From: Candidatus Iainarchaeum sp.
GTDB taxonomy: Archaea; Iainarchaeota; Iainarchaeia; Iainarchaeales; VGJJ01
Assembly: GCA_043803765.1 (NCBI GenBank)
Contig: JAZDJQ010000016.1
Location: 1 to 56,949 of the forward strand
Reading direction: 5' to 3'
DNA: 56,949 nucleotides
Made by a program: the position numbers and the translations under genes. The notes beneath the pieces are model-generated. The model was not told the DNA's origin. It did not search any database and was given only the letters and a program-made list of their open reading frames with translations. Positions 39,585-52,684 of this stretch are shown in pieces; the stretch's first letter is position 1; each line of letters starts with the position of its first letter.

Positions 39585-43398
<3,814 letters not shown>

Positions 43399-43418
43399 GA
43401 AAAAACAATCTTGCTTTT

Positions 43419-43997
43419 TCACCGCATCATTGATTCCAACTCATTCAACACAATAGGAAGTTCAACACACTTATCATATTGGGTGAAATGTCCCTTTCCT
43501 TTTTCAACAAGAGTCTTTGCATTCACTTTCTTTTCAAATACTTTATTTTCATCCGCCAAAACAAACGGGTCGTTGTCCGAAAACAAACAAAAAAACTTTT
43601 TAGAACGACTTTTTACTACATCCCACGGAATAGGCATCTCCAACCAAGGACGCGCAATGGCTTCATCCGTTGGGTTTTCATAGGATTCAGGCTTGAGCCG
43701 CGTCCAAGGAGCAACCAGCACCACACCCCCCGCCACCCCATTATTGGGAGTATGTGCCAAATAACGCAAAATAGCCTGACACCCCATCGAATGACCCACA
43801 AAAAAAGTATGTTCGTCAATTCCCCCCACCATTTTAACGAGACAACCTAACCATGCATGAATATTAGGATGGTTTGGATCGGGCATCGCGGGAATAATCG
43901 CTTCATGACCCTGCTTTTCCAACTCTTTCCTCAACCAAGGATACCAATCCGCGTTAGGAGAACCCTGCCAGCGATGAACAATCACAATGCGGGACAT
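43419..43997 (-). CDS. RBBP9/YdeN-family alpha/beta hydrolase
   Basis: WYPWL, GHSMG nucleophile elbow, SDNDPFV, GKGHF. Confidence 0.9.
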   Translation of the reverse strand: MSRIVIVHRWQGSPNADWYPWLRKELEKQGHEAIIPAMPDPNHPNIHAWLGCLVKMVGGIDEHTFFVGHSMGCQAILRYLAHTPNNGVAGGVVLVAPWTRLKPESYENPTDEAIARPWLEMPIPWDVVKSRSKKFFCLFSDNDPFVLADENKVFEKKVNAKTLVEKGKGHFTQYDKCVELPIVLNELESMMR

Positions 43998-44091
43998 ACA
44001 CGGAAGGAGAGCCCCAATCGTTTAAGAACTTTCCGCGAATGGAAATACTCTACATCTCATTCCATGAGAAGCATCAGTGGAGGTGCGGAGT

Positions 44092-44454
44092 ATGGATAAC
44101 ACGGAAGCAGGAAAGGAAATTCGCCGTGCGGTTGACACGGGAAAAGTTATTTTTGGAGTGAAGGAATCCCTTCATGCCATACGACATGGAGAAGGATTGC
44201 TTCTCGTAGTGGCACAAAACACTCCCGAAACGACTAAGGAAACGCTCATTCATCTTTCTACATTAGGAGAAATCCCATTGTATACGTATGCAGGAACAGG
44301 CATTGAATTAGGAAGCGTATGCGGAAAGCCCTTCATCGTATCCACTCTCCTTATCCAAAACGCAGGAAAATCAAAAGTAATGGACGTTCTCCAAAAAACA
44401 TCCAACATTATAGAAGAGAAACCCAAACGGGGGAGAAAGAGGACGTCCCGTTGA
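44092..44454 (+). CDS. rpl30e: 50S ribosomal protein eL30
   Basis: AVDTGKVIFG, ELGSVCGKPF; GGAGGTG SD. Confidence 0.95.
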   Translation: MDNTEAGKEIRRAVDTGKVIFGVKESLHAIRHGEGLLLVVAQNTPETTKETLIHLSTLGEIPLYTYAGTGIELGSVCGKPFIVSTLLIQNAGKSKVMDVLQKTSNIIEEKPKRGRKRTSR

Positions 44455-44503
44455 ATTCTTTATAAGCCTTCCTTTGGGAGAATACTGGTAGTAAGGTGAA
44501 CAA

Positions 44504-44932
44504 ATGGCACGAGGAGAATTTGCAGCGAGGCAATTAGAAAACAAGCGCAAAAAGTGGAGGATGAAAGATCCCTACCATAAGCGACGCGTCCTGCGACTAC
44601 GGGAAAAGCATGACCCACTCGAAGGAAGCCCGCAAGCAAAAGCAATCGTATTAGAAAAAAGAGGAGTAACCCAAAAACAACCCCACTCTGGTATTATGAA
44701 GTGTGCCCGCGTCCAACTAATCAAGAATGGAAAACAAGTCACGGCGTTTGCTCCGCGCGACGGCGCAATCAAATTCATCGACGAGCACGATGAAGTCATC
44801 ATTGAAGGAATCGGAGGAAGCCAGGGCGGACCCTACGGTTCACAATGGGGAGTCAAATACCGCATAACGCATGTAAACGGACAATCACTTGAAATGCTAC
44901 GCACTGGAAAAAAGGAGAAAGTCAAGCGATAA
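44504..44932 (+). CDS. rps12: 30S ribosomal protein uS12
   Basis: [31 protein letters not shown]. Confidence 0.95.
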   Translation: MARGEFAARQLENKRKKWRMKDPYHKRRVLRLREKHDPLEGSPQAKAIVLEKRGVTQKQPHSGIMKCARVQLIKNGKQVTAFAPRDGAIKFIDEHDEVIIEGIGGSQGGPYGSQWGVKYRITHVNGQSLEMLRTGKKEKVKR

Positions 44933-44960
44933 CTATTATCGTATTACGAGTTGATATTGA

Positions 44961-45566
44961 ATGGAAACACTGCTCTTCGGAAAATGGGACACTTCTTCTA
45001 TCACATTTCGTGATGAAACACTCGTACGGCAGATCAGTTTGTCTCCACGAATCGTTCCTCACTCATTTGGAAAAGGGGCGGTGCGCGCATTCCAAAAAGA
45101 AAAACTAAACGTGGTAGAACGACTCATCAATAAAATAATGCGCTCCGGGCAAGGAAAAAGAAAACTAAGCGGAAAATACATCCGGGGAAGAGGAAGCTGC
45201 GGAAAAAAGATACAAGCCATGCGCATCGTGGAAGACGCATTCGATATTGTACATGCTCAAACAAACGAGAATCCCGTGCAAGTACTTATTCGTGCAATCG
45301 AAAACTCCGCCCCACGGGAAGACGTTACACGATTGAAAAAAGGAGGGGTTGCCTACTCCCAAGCAGTAGACGTTTCACCTCTCAAACGAGTAGATGAATC
45401 ACTCAAAAATCTGGCGCTCGCCGGATTCTATGGTAGTTTTAACAACAACACGAGCGCAGCAGAAGCATTAGCCAAAGAACTCGTACAAGCAGGACAGGAT
45501 GATAATAACAGCCAGTCCATCAAACGAAGAAACGAAGTAGAACGAGTGGCATTAGCTTCACGATAG
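44961..45566 (+). CDS. rps7: 30S ribosomal protein uS7
   Basis: LFGKWD, VERLINK, NSAPRED, AVDVSPLKR. Confidence 0.95.
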   Translation: METLLFGKWDTSSITFRDETLVRQISLSPRIVPHSFGKGAVRAFQKEKLNVVERLINKIMRSGQGKRKLSGKYIRGRGSCGKKIQAMRIVEDAFDIVHAQTNENPVQVLIRAIENSAPREDVTRLKKGGVAYSQAVDVSPLKRVDESLKNLALAGFYGSFNNNTSAAEALAKELVQAGQDDNNSQSIKRRNEVERVALASR

Positions 45567-45614
45567 CTGTTTTTTTTATACTTAATTTTTATACTTAAAG
45601 GCGCTCCTAGACGC

Positions 45615-46130
45615 ATGCCTAGAAGAAAGAGATGCCGGGTAGGCGATGGGGGGGGAAGAAGGAGATATCAAGAACAAACACTCCGAAATTTTTTTCCTGG
45701 ACACGATTCGGAATATCCACCGCTGGCTGAATTGACGAACAAAATATTCGGAGAAGAGTACATGGATGAGGTTGTTTCTCCCGCAACCGGACGGTCAATA
45801 ATAGGAGTTACCCCCAAGGGAAGGCTTGCCTTGTTGAGCCATCTTGGCATTTCCCAACCGTATTCCAAACTTTCAACTCCCTTACAAAGTGCTCTTATGC
45901 GCACGATATCCCACCATATTAAATCCGTTGCAAGGAAGGAGAAAAAAGAACCAAAGATCGTATTGCAGGAAGAGATAGCTAAAGTTATATTAGACATGGA
46001 ACAAATCGGAATCAAGTTGGGAAAGAAAAGGACAGACCCCCAAACCATTGCTACATTTCTTGTTTTGCGGCAACGGCTCAGATGGTATTACAATATCTTG
46101 TATATTATGCGTGAATTCAAGCAAGTCTAG
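45615..46130 (+). CDS. Hypothetical basic protein between rps7 and EF-2
   Basis: 171-aa ORF filling the gap; no recognisable motif. Confidence 0.55.
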   Translation: MPRRKRCRVGDGGGRRRYQEQTLRNFFPGHDSEYPPLAELTNKIFGEEYMDEVVSPATGRSIIGVTPKGRLALLSHLGISQPYSKLSTPLQSALMRTISHHIKSVARKEKKEPKIVLQEEIAKVILDMEQIGIKLGKKRTDPQTIATFLVLRQRLRWYYNILYIMREFKQV

Positions 46131-46206
46131 CAGTCCGTTTAAAAACGTTATTTTTGGCATTTGCCTATCGAAGGATAAAAATACTCCAATTTGGGGCTGA
46201 TATGAA

Positions 46207-48957
46207 ATGGGTCGAAAAGAAGACATGGCAAATGCCGCACAAAAACTAATGTCCAACCAACAAGATGTTCGAAATATTGGAATCGTAGCCCACATCGATC
46301 ACGGAAAATGCGTGGGCCCGGATACCCGCTTGTTGTTCGCGGATGGAAACGTTGAAACTGCTCAAACTATTTTTGAAACCCTTTCCAAAAAAGGAAAAAT
46401 TGTTCGCGAAAACCAAAACGAAACCGTCTATGAACTACCTGATGAAACAACTCCTGTTTTCTCTTTAAACAAAAACACGGGACGCATCGAGCGAAAACCC
46501 ATCTCACATGTTTGGAAATTGAAAGGAGGAAAAACGTTCAAGGTGACGCTTCGAAATGGGGCGACGGTTGAAACAACTCCCGAACACCCTTACCTTATTT
46601 TCAATGGAAATGATTTTATTGAAAAGGAAGCGCGAGCATTAAAATTAGGCGAAAAAATATTGGGAATCGACAATTGGCTTGAGCAATCAACGAGCCAAAA
46701 AGAAGAAAAAAACACAAATTCCAAAATTCTATTAATGGTTAAAAATGAATTGAGGGTAACCGAAAGCGAAATAGTCGATATTCAGGAAAGCCATCAGGAC
46801 ATTGTGTATGATTTTACTATTCCCGAAAACCACAATTTTGTCGCAGAAGGTGTGTTTATCCGTAATACTACAATGAGTGATAATCTCATCGCAGCAGCAG
46901 GGTTGATCAACAAGGAACTGGCAGGAAAACAACAATTCATGGATTTTGAAGACCAAGAACAGGACCGCGGAATTACAATTAACGCAGCCAATATTTCACT
47001 CGTTCCCTTGGTGAATGGAAAGCATTACTTACTCAATCTAATTGATACGCCCGGACATGTTGATTTTGGAGGAGAAGTTATTCGTGCCATGCGAGCCGTA
47101 GACGGTGTTGTATTGGTCGTGGATGCCGTAGAAGGAGTCATGCCTCAAACCGAAACAGTTATTCGTCAAGCATTGCGCGAGAATGTCAAACCCACTCTTT
47201 TCATCAACAAAGTGGACCGACTCATTAACGAGTTGCAGGTGGATGAAGCGGAAATGCAACGACGTTTCGTAAAAACAATAACCCAAGTAAATCAGCTCAT
47301 CCAAAAAAATGCCCCCGAAGGAAAAGAGGAATTATGGCAAGTCAATCCAGCAATAGGAAGCGTAGCATTCGGAAGCGCGTATCACCACTGGGCGGTTTCA
47401 ACCAAAAGCATGGCACGCACCGGAATCAATTTCAAAAAAGTATATGAGTGGATGAAAAACGACCAACAAAAAGAACTATCCAACAAATCCCCATTGGAAG
47501 ATACCATCTTTGAGATGATCGTGGAACATCTCCCCAATCCAATTGAAGCACAAAAATACCGCACCCCTGTTATTTGGGCAGGAGACCTAGAAAGCGAAGT
47601 AGGAAAAAGCATGCTCACATGCAATCCGCATGGAGAGGTTGCCATGATGGTAACCGATGTTTCAGTGGACCCACACGCAGGGGATATTGCAACAGGACGA
47701 GTGTACTCTGGAACAATAAAAAAAGGAGTAAAAGTCAAACTCATCGGATTGCAAAAAGAAGCACTCGTTAACCGTGTAGGAGTATACATGGGACAGGACT
47801 TTGTAGAAGTCGAATCAATTCCCGCAGGATGTATCGGAGCAATAGTAGGATTACGCGAAGCATACGCCGGACAAACCGTAGCACAGAATGATATTCACGA
47901 ATTTGAAAGTTTTAAGACAAACGTTGAACCCGTTATCACGATTTCAATTGAAGCAAAACAAACAAAGGATTTGCCAAAATTGATTGAAGTGATACGACAA
48001 CTTACAAAGGAAGACCCTAACCTGCGCGCAAGCATCAATCAAACAACAGGAGAACACTTGCTTTCAGGAATGGGGGAACTACATCTTGAAATCAACCAGT
48101 ATCGTATCGAGAAAACACACGGCGTGCCTATCACGGTTTCCCAACCCATTGTCGTATATCACGAAACGATTCAAATGCCTTCCCCCGAATTAGAAGGAAA
48201 ATCCCCAAACAAACACAACAAACTACTCATGAAAGTAGAACCCATTCCCAAAGCCATTTTGGAAAAACTCATGTACAATAAAGTACAAGGAAAAGTAAAA
48301 ATCAAAGACAAAGAATGGGTGGACAAGTTTGTGAACGCAGGAATTGACAACGATGAGGCAAAAAAGATTTGGTGTATTGAGAACTATAATTTGCTCGTGG
48401 ATGGAACAAAAGGAATACAAGCATTACACGAAATTCGTGAATTGGTAATCCAAGGATTCCAAGAAACAATGAAAGAAGGACCATTAGGAAAAGAAGAAGT
48501 GCACGGAATCAAAGTCACATTGACGGATGCCAAGTTGCACGAAGACGCGATCCACCGCGGTCCCTCGCAAATTATTCCCGTCGTATCACGCACCATTTAT
48601 GCCTGTATGCTATCCGCCAAGGCCGTTTTCCAAGAACCAAAACAATTACTCTCCATCAACGTTCCTGAAGAATACATGGGAGCCGTAACAAAAGAATTGC
48701 AGCAACGCCGCGTACAAATAACCGAAATCAAAAACGAAGGAGACCAAGTCATTATTATCGGCCTTGCGCCTGTGAAAGAATTAATCGGATTCTCCCAAGC
48801 CATTCGGGGAGCGGCCCAAGGGCGCGTGATTTGGACAGCCGAATACCACGGATACGAGATACTTCCCACGGAATTACAGAAGAAAACAATCGAAGAAGTA
48901 CGCAAAAGAAAAGGAATGGACCCCGAAGTCAAACACTACAGCTTCTTCTTGGAGTAA
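46207..48957 (+). CDS. fusA: Elongation factor EF-2, intein-containing
   Basis: AHIDHGK/TT after splicing, RGITI, DTPGHVDF, NKVD; diphthamide loop LHEDAIHRG. Confidence 0.97.
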   Translation: MGRKEDMANAAQKLMSNQQDVRNIGIVAHIDHGKCVGPDTRLLFADGNVETAQTIFETLSKKGKIVRENQNETVYELPDETTPVFSLNKNTGRIERKPISHVWKLKGGKTFKVTLRNGATVETTPEHPYLIFNGNDFIEKEARALKLGEKILGIDNWLEQSTSQKEEKNTNSKILLMVKNELRVTESEIVDIQESHQDIVYDFTIPENHNFVAEGVFIRNTTMSDNLIAAAGLINKELAGKQQFMDFEDQEQDRGITINAANISLVPLVNGKHYLLNLIDTPGHVDFGGEVIRAMRAVDGVVLVVDAVEGVMPQTETVIRQALRENVKPTLFINKVDRLINELQVDEAEMQRRFVKTITQVNQLIQKNAPEGKEELWQVNPAIGSVAFGSAYHHWAVSTKSMARTGINFKKVYEWMKNDQQKELSNKSPLEDTIFEMIVEHLPNPIEAQKYRTPVIWAGDLESEVGKSMLTCNPHGEVAMMVTDVSVDPHAGDIATGRVYSGTIKKGVKVKLIGLQKEALVNRVGVYMGQDFVEVESIPAGCIGAIVGLREAYAGQTVAQNDIHEFESFKTNVEPVITISIEAKQTKDLPKLIEVIRQLTKEDPNLRASINQTTGEHLLSGMGELHLEINQYRIEKTHGVPITVSQPIVVYHETIQMPSPELEGKSPNKHNKLLMKVEPIPKAILEKLMYNKVQGKVKIKDKEWVDKFVNAGIDNDEAKKIWCIENYNLLVDGTKGIQALHEIRELVIQGFQETMKEGPLGKEEVHGIKVTLTDAKLHEDAIHRGPSQIIPVVSRTIYACMLSAKAVFQEPKQLLSINVPEEYMGAVTKELQQRRVQITEIKNEGDQVIIIGLAPVKELIGFSQAIRGAAQGRVIWTAEYHGYEILPTELQKKTIEEVRKRKGMDPEVKHYSFFLE
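46309..46866 (+). mobile_element. Mini-intein (186 aa, no endonuclease) in the EF-2 P-loop
   Basis: Starts CVGPDT; block B TTPEHPY; ends VYDFTIPENHNFVAEGVFIRN before Thr+1. Confidence 0.93.
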
Positions 48958-49008
48958 ACAGCAGGATTTCCTCCACAGTCTTTTATTCATCTCTTCCTAA
49001 ACATCCGC

Positions 49009-49878
49009 ATGGATATCTCATTTGGAGTATTGGTGGCGTTTCTCGCCATGGTGTGCTGGGGAATAGGCGACTTTCTTATTCAGCGCTGCGTGCGCAAGAT
49101 TGGAGTCGTAGAAACACTCACAACGATTGGAGTGATTGGGGGAATAGGACTCCTTCCATTCGTGTGGAATGATCTCCAACAATTATTTCTCCCAGAAAAC
49201 AGCACTCTCCTAGTGGGACTTGGTATTGTCGCGTTCATCGCATCCATTCTGAATTTCTACGCTTACAAAGTAGGCAAGCTGAGCGTCGTAGAATTCATCC
49301 TCGAGTTCGAGCTGCCCGTGACAGTCGTTTTGGGATTGTTACTTTTCCAGGAAGTGCTTGGAGTCGAACAGATTATTCTAATGAGCGTAGTTTTTCTTGG
49401 TATTTTGCTTGTGGCCACGGGAACATTATCATTCAAGAAAGAGCACTGGGCCGAGAAGGGAGTATTGGTTGCACTCATGGCCGCGTTGTTGATGGGAATA
49501 GTGAATTTCCTCACTGCTTCTGCGGCTAAGAGCATCACTCCCCTGATTGCAATCTGGGGTCCCTGGATGATCATCACGATTATCTCCATTTTGATCATGT
49601 GGAAAGAAGGAAAGTTCAACGTGTTTTGGAAGAACGTCCAAAAATATCCTCAATTGATTGCCATAACCGGATTCGTGGACACGCTCGCATGGATCTCGTT
49701 TGCAGTCGCAACGTTCTATCAATCCCTGTCATTGAGCATCGCCATTACTGAGAGTTATCCCGCCGTGGCGCTTCTTTTAGGAATCCATTTCAACCACGAA
49801 CACATGAAAGGACACCAACTCCTCGGGGCATTGTTAGCGTTGAGCGGAAGTGTTGCACTGGGATTTTGGGTTCAATGA
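49009..49878 (+). CDS. DMT/EamA family transporter
   Basis: About 10 TM helices in two EamA-like halves. Confidence 0.85.
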   Translation: MDISFGVLVAFLAMVCWGIGDFLIQRCVRKIGVVETLTTIGVIGGIGLLPFVWNDLQQLFLPENSTLLVGLGIVAFIASILNFYAYKVGKLSVVEFILEFELPVTVVLGLLLFQEVLGVEQIILMSVVFLGILLVATGTLSFKKEHWAEKGVLVALMAALLMGIVNFLTASAAKSITPLIAIWGPWMIITIISILIMWKEGKFNVFWKNVQKYPQLIAITGFVDTLAWISFAVATFYQSLSLSIAITESYPAVALLLGIHFNHEHMKGHQLLGALLALSGSVALGFWVQ

Positions 49879-50249
49879 TGAAGTTTTACTTCATGCATTT
49901 TTTCGAAATCGGATCGGTTCTGTGTTACTAATATCGAATTCCACTGCATGGCGGTAGCCCCAATAAAGATATTCCTCATTTCTACTGGATTTCCTTTTCG
50001 TTTCAATTCATTAAATATCCATGCCGCAATGCGTGCGGTTTCTTGGTCGAATGCCACTACTGGTATTTTTTGCAAAAATCGCTCAACGGGCTCCCTATTA
50101 TCCCGTCGTTGCTGCAATTCAAATGCAGTAATTGCACTTACAAACAGATTTTTTTGATTCTTTTCCAAAAGAAGGCTGATTGCGGACTGATTACGACCTT
50201 TCAAAAAATCAATAATGGAACTGGTGTCTAGGCATATCTTTTGTTCCAT
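49872..50249 (-). CDS. vapC: VapC PIN-domain toxin
   Basis: CLDTSSIID, SAITAFEL, IGATA, LVTQNRSDF; overlaps upstream antitoxin. Confidence 0.88.
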   Translation of the reverse strand: MEQKICLDTSSIIDFLKGRNQSAISLLLEKNQKNLFVSAITAFELQQRRDNREPVERFLQKIPVVAFDQETARIAAWIFNELKRKGNPVEMRNIFIGATAMQWNSILVTQNRSDFEKMHEVKLHH

Positions 50250-50464
50250 TTTTTCCAACCTTCTTTGATCCACTTTTCATCTTCTTTGTCTTGAGCGGAG
50301 GAAACCCATGTCCCTTCGAGCGCCATAATCTGGGCTTTTCGGTTTTCCCAATCATCTTTTGCAGACAATTCATCTAACAGTTTGGTGAAACTAATTCCTT
50401 TTGCGTCTTTCAAGCGCCTAAGTTTATCGTATGTTTCATCCGCAATCATAATGGTCTTCGGCAT
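50228..50464 (-). CDS. vapB: Archaeal VapB-type antitoxin
   Basis: MPKTIMIADETYDKLRRLK...SFTKLLDEL RHH-like pattern. Confidence 0.85.
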   Translation of the reverse strand: MPKTIMIADETYDKLRRLKDAKGISFTKLLDELSAKDDWENRKAQIMALEGTWVSSAQDKEDEKWIKEGWKKWNKRYA

Positions 50465-50471
50465 ATACTAC

Positions 50472-50496
50472 TATACAGAATAAATCTGTATATAAA
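50472..50496 (-). promoter_or_regulatory. Palindromic operator overlapping the vapBC TATA box
   Basis: Perfect inverted repeat TATACAGA-ataaa-TCTGTATA overlapping minus-strand TTTATATA. Confidence 0.6.
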
Positions 50497-50530
50497 TAGT
50501 ATAATTGTTTGGGCATCAAAACGTCGTAGG

Positions 50531-50626
50531 TATAGCAAAAAGCCTAAGTATTTGAACAATTTAACGGGCTTTTTGCGTATAGCAAACCGTCCGACAAAAG
50601 TTCAAAAATTAAAACGGTTTGCTATA
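50531..50626. repeat. Inverted doublet (A+B) of TATAG-ended palindromic element
   Basis: TATAGCAAAAAGC...GCTTTTTGCG-TATA-GCAAACCGT...ACGGTTTGCTATA. Confidence 0.88.
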
Positions 50627-50687
50627 TCTGATATATCCGGCGGTTTAGTCTCCCAAAGTATATATGTTGTACGTGGGATATTTGTTT

Positions 50688-51302
50688 ATGGAATTCGAAT
50701 ACTCCGAGGGAAAAATCGTTTTCAATCGAGAACTGACAAATCTGGATAAGCTCGTCCTGAAGTTTTGCGACATCTTGCATCGATTGAACATCAGGTATGT
50801 CATCATATCGGGGTATATCACTATTCTCTTCGGACGCGTGCGAATGACCGATGACGTTGACTTGTTTATTGAAGAATTGCCAATCGAAAGAGTGATTGAA
50901 TTATGGAATTTGCTTGAAAAGGAAGGTTTTGAAGGTGTGTGCACATTTACTCCAGAAGAAGCATTTGAAACATTGAATGATAAAACATCCATCCGATTTG
51001 CCCTCAAAGGAACATGGAAACCCAATTTCGAATTAAAATTTCCAGCCAGTCCCAGCTCCATTTATTCCCTCCGAAAGAAGGTATTGGTGATATTGAATGG
51101 GCGGGAATTATACACATCCGAGATCGAAATGCAAATTGCCTATAAACTGAGGATGACTGGGGATAAAGACCTAGAGGACGCCCTTCATCTCTATTCGGTT
51201 TTTAAGGAACAATTGGACTTATCATTGCTAGAATTCCACATGCAAGACCTTGGGGTTCCACGAGAAAGGGCTGAACAATTATGGAAAAGCGGAAAAAAAT
51301 AA
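50688..51302 (+). CDS. Nucleotidyltransferase-fold protein (DUF6036-like)
   Basis: ISGY...GRVRMTDDVDL; IAYKL...KDLEDA. Confidence 0.75.
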   Translation: MEFEYSEGKIVFNRELTNLDKLVLKFCDILHRLNIRYVIISGYITILFGRVRMTDDVDLFIEELPIERVIELWNLLEKEGFEGVCTFTPEEAFETLNDKTSIRFALKGTWKPNFELKFPASPSSIYSLRKKVLVILNGRELYTSEIEMQIAYKLRMTGDKDLEDALHLYSVFKEQLDLSLLEFHMQDLGVPRERAEQLWKSGKK

Positions 51303-51472
51303 TCGTGACCGAAAAGGATCATCAGGATCTACTGCAGGAGATCGAAAGGAACAAGCAAGACCGGCTCAAGTTTGTTCGAGAATATGCCAACTGGCTTAAG
51401 AAAACGCCTAATGCGATTTGGAGTAAGCAGCAGGCCAAGTATTACGGTGGATTATCCTCGAAAAGAACGTAA
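51281..51472 (+). CDS. Small helical protein coupled to the nucleotidyltransferase
   Basis: 63 aa; overlaps the upstream stop; RLKFVREYANWLKKTPNAIWSKQQ. Confidence 0.65.
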   Translation: MEKRKKIIVTEKDHQDLLQEIERNKQDRLKFVREYANWLKKTPNAIWSKQQAKYYGGLSSKRT

Positions 51473-51609
51473 CCCCCCCAAATATCTTACTTGAATGAAA
51501 AGAAAAATGTGGAGCAAACAGCACTCAAAATACTTCGGGAAAATGATGCAACTGATTCTACCAGACGAAAAATAATTCCCTCAGTGTTTATTTGCGGAAG
51601 GTGTCAACA

Positions 51610-52224
51610 CTATCTGCGGGATGTCATGTTCTCAATGGCCTGACTACTAAGGGCACGGGCAAGCGCTTCGGCAGTGGTGTTGGCTAATTCTATTACTTCA
51701 TTTATTTTTGATTTAGGTACTTTCATTTGCTGGAGATGGCTTCTCAAAAAGTGCACATTCTTATCGATTTCATTTTTACTATGGATAAAGGTGCGCATCA
51801 TTCGACTATGTTTTCCTTCACCGTTACTCGTCGCACCTTTGCTTATTTGATTGCTTGCGAGCATCATGATTGCATGATGTACAATCAGTGATCCTACATA
51901 AGAATAGGTGGCACTCCCATTCATCTCACGTGCCATGCTATCCAATACTCGAGCGCTCGTTTTTCCAGAAATCTTCCGCATCACTCTTCTAAACCCAATA
52001 CCGTTGGCTAATGTAATCTCCTTCCCTGGAATTATTCCTAGTTCAGGGGTCCCGATTGTCGCGTGCTGGGGAATCCCCGTTCTCTCATCCCTTAATTTTT
52101 CGTGCTCAGCTACTCCCTTCACACGTATTTTTCTCATCAGGATTTTCATCCGTTCCGCCGGACGAGCTCTATAATATCCCACACCCATTCCACGATTCCC
52201 TGCGCGGGGTCCACTTTTCACCAT
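51610..52224 (-). CDS. Hypothetical basic protein
   Basis: 204-aa ORF; no recognisable motif. Confidence 0.6.
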   Translation of the reverse strand: MVKSGPRAGNRGMGVGYYRARPAERMKILMRKIRVKGVAEHEKLRDERTGIPQHATIGTPELGIIPGKEITLANGIGFRRVMRKISGKTSARVLDSMAREMNGSATYSYVGSLIVHHAIMMLASNQISKGATSNGEGKHSRMMRTFIHSKNEIDKNVHFLRSHLQQMKVPKSKINEVIELANTTAEALARALSSQAIENMTSRR

Positions 52225-52294
52225 GAAGGATTTTTCGCCAACTGACTATTTAATACGCGACCCTTTATTCCTTCAACAGTCCATTCGCATGCAA

Positions 52295-52684
52295 TTAGTT
52301 TTTTTTGGGAACTCGTCTCTTAAGTTTTTGTTCGACACGGGCACGGAACGCCGGATCCGTATTCCACCTTCTCAAGAATTCTTCCGATCCCTGCCTCTGC
52401 TGTGCTACCCACTCTTCGTTACGACCGAGACCGGAGAGCTTGTAGGGAGACTCTCCTCTTTTTCTTTTGGCATTGAGATTTTTCTGGTCGGCTTTTCTAT
52501 AACGAGCTAAAATACTCAGGTGATTGCCCCCTTTTCTCATTCTTTTTAATACGGCTTCTGTTTCTTTCCAAGTCAATCTCCCGAATGGCACTTGTGTATA
52601 TGCCCTCCCTAATCTATTTTTCTCGAGCTGACCCGCGATTCCTCTTTTCTGAACCGCACGCTTGACCCTTCGAATGATTCCCAT
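52295..52684 (-). CDS. Hypothetical highly basic protein
   Basis: 129 aa, Arg/Lys-rich. Confidence 0.55.
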   Translation of the reverse strand: MGIIRRVKRAVQKRGIAGQLEKNRLGRAYTQVPFGRLTWKETEAVLKRMRKGGNHLSILARYRKADQKNLNAKRKRGESPYKLSGLGRNEEWVAQQRQGSEEFLRRWNTDPAFRARVEQKLKRRVPKKN

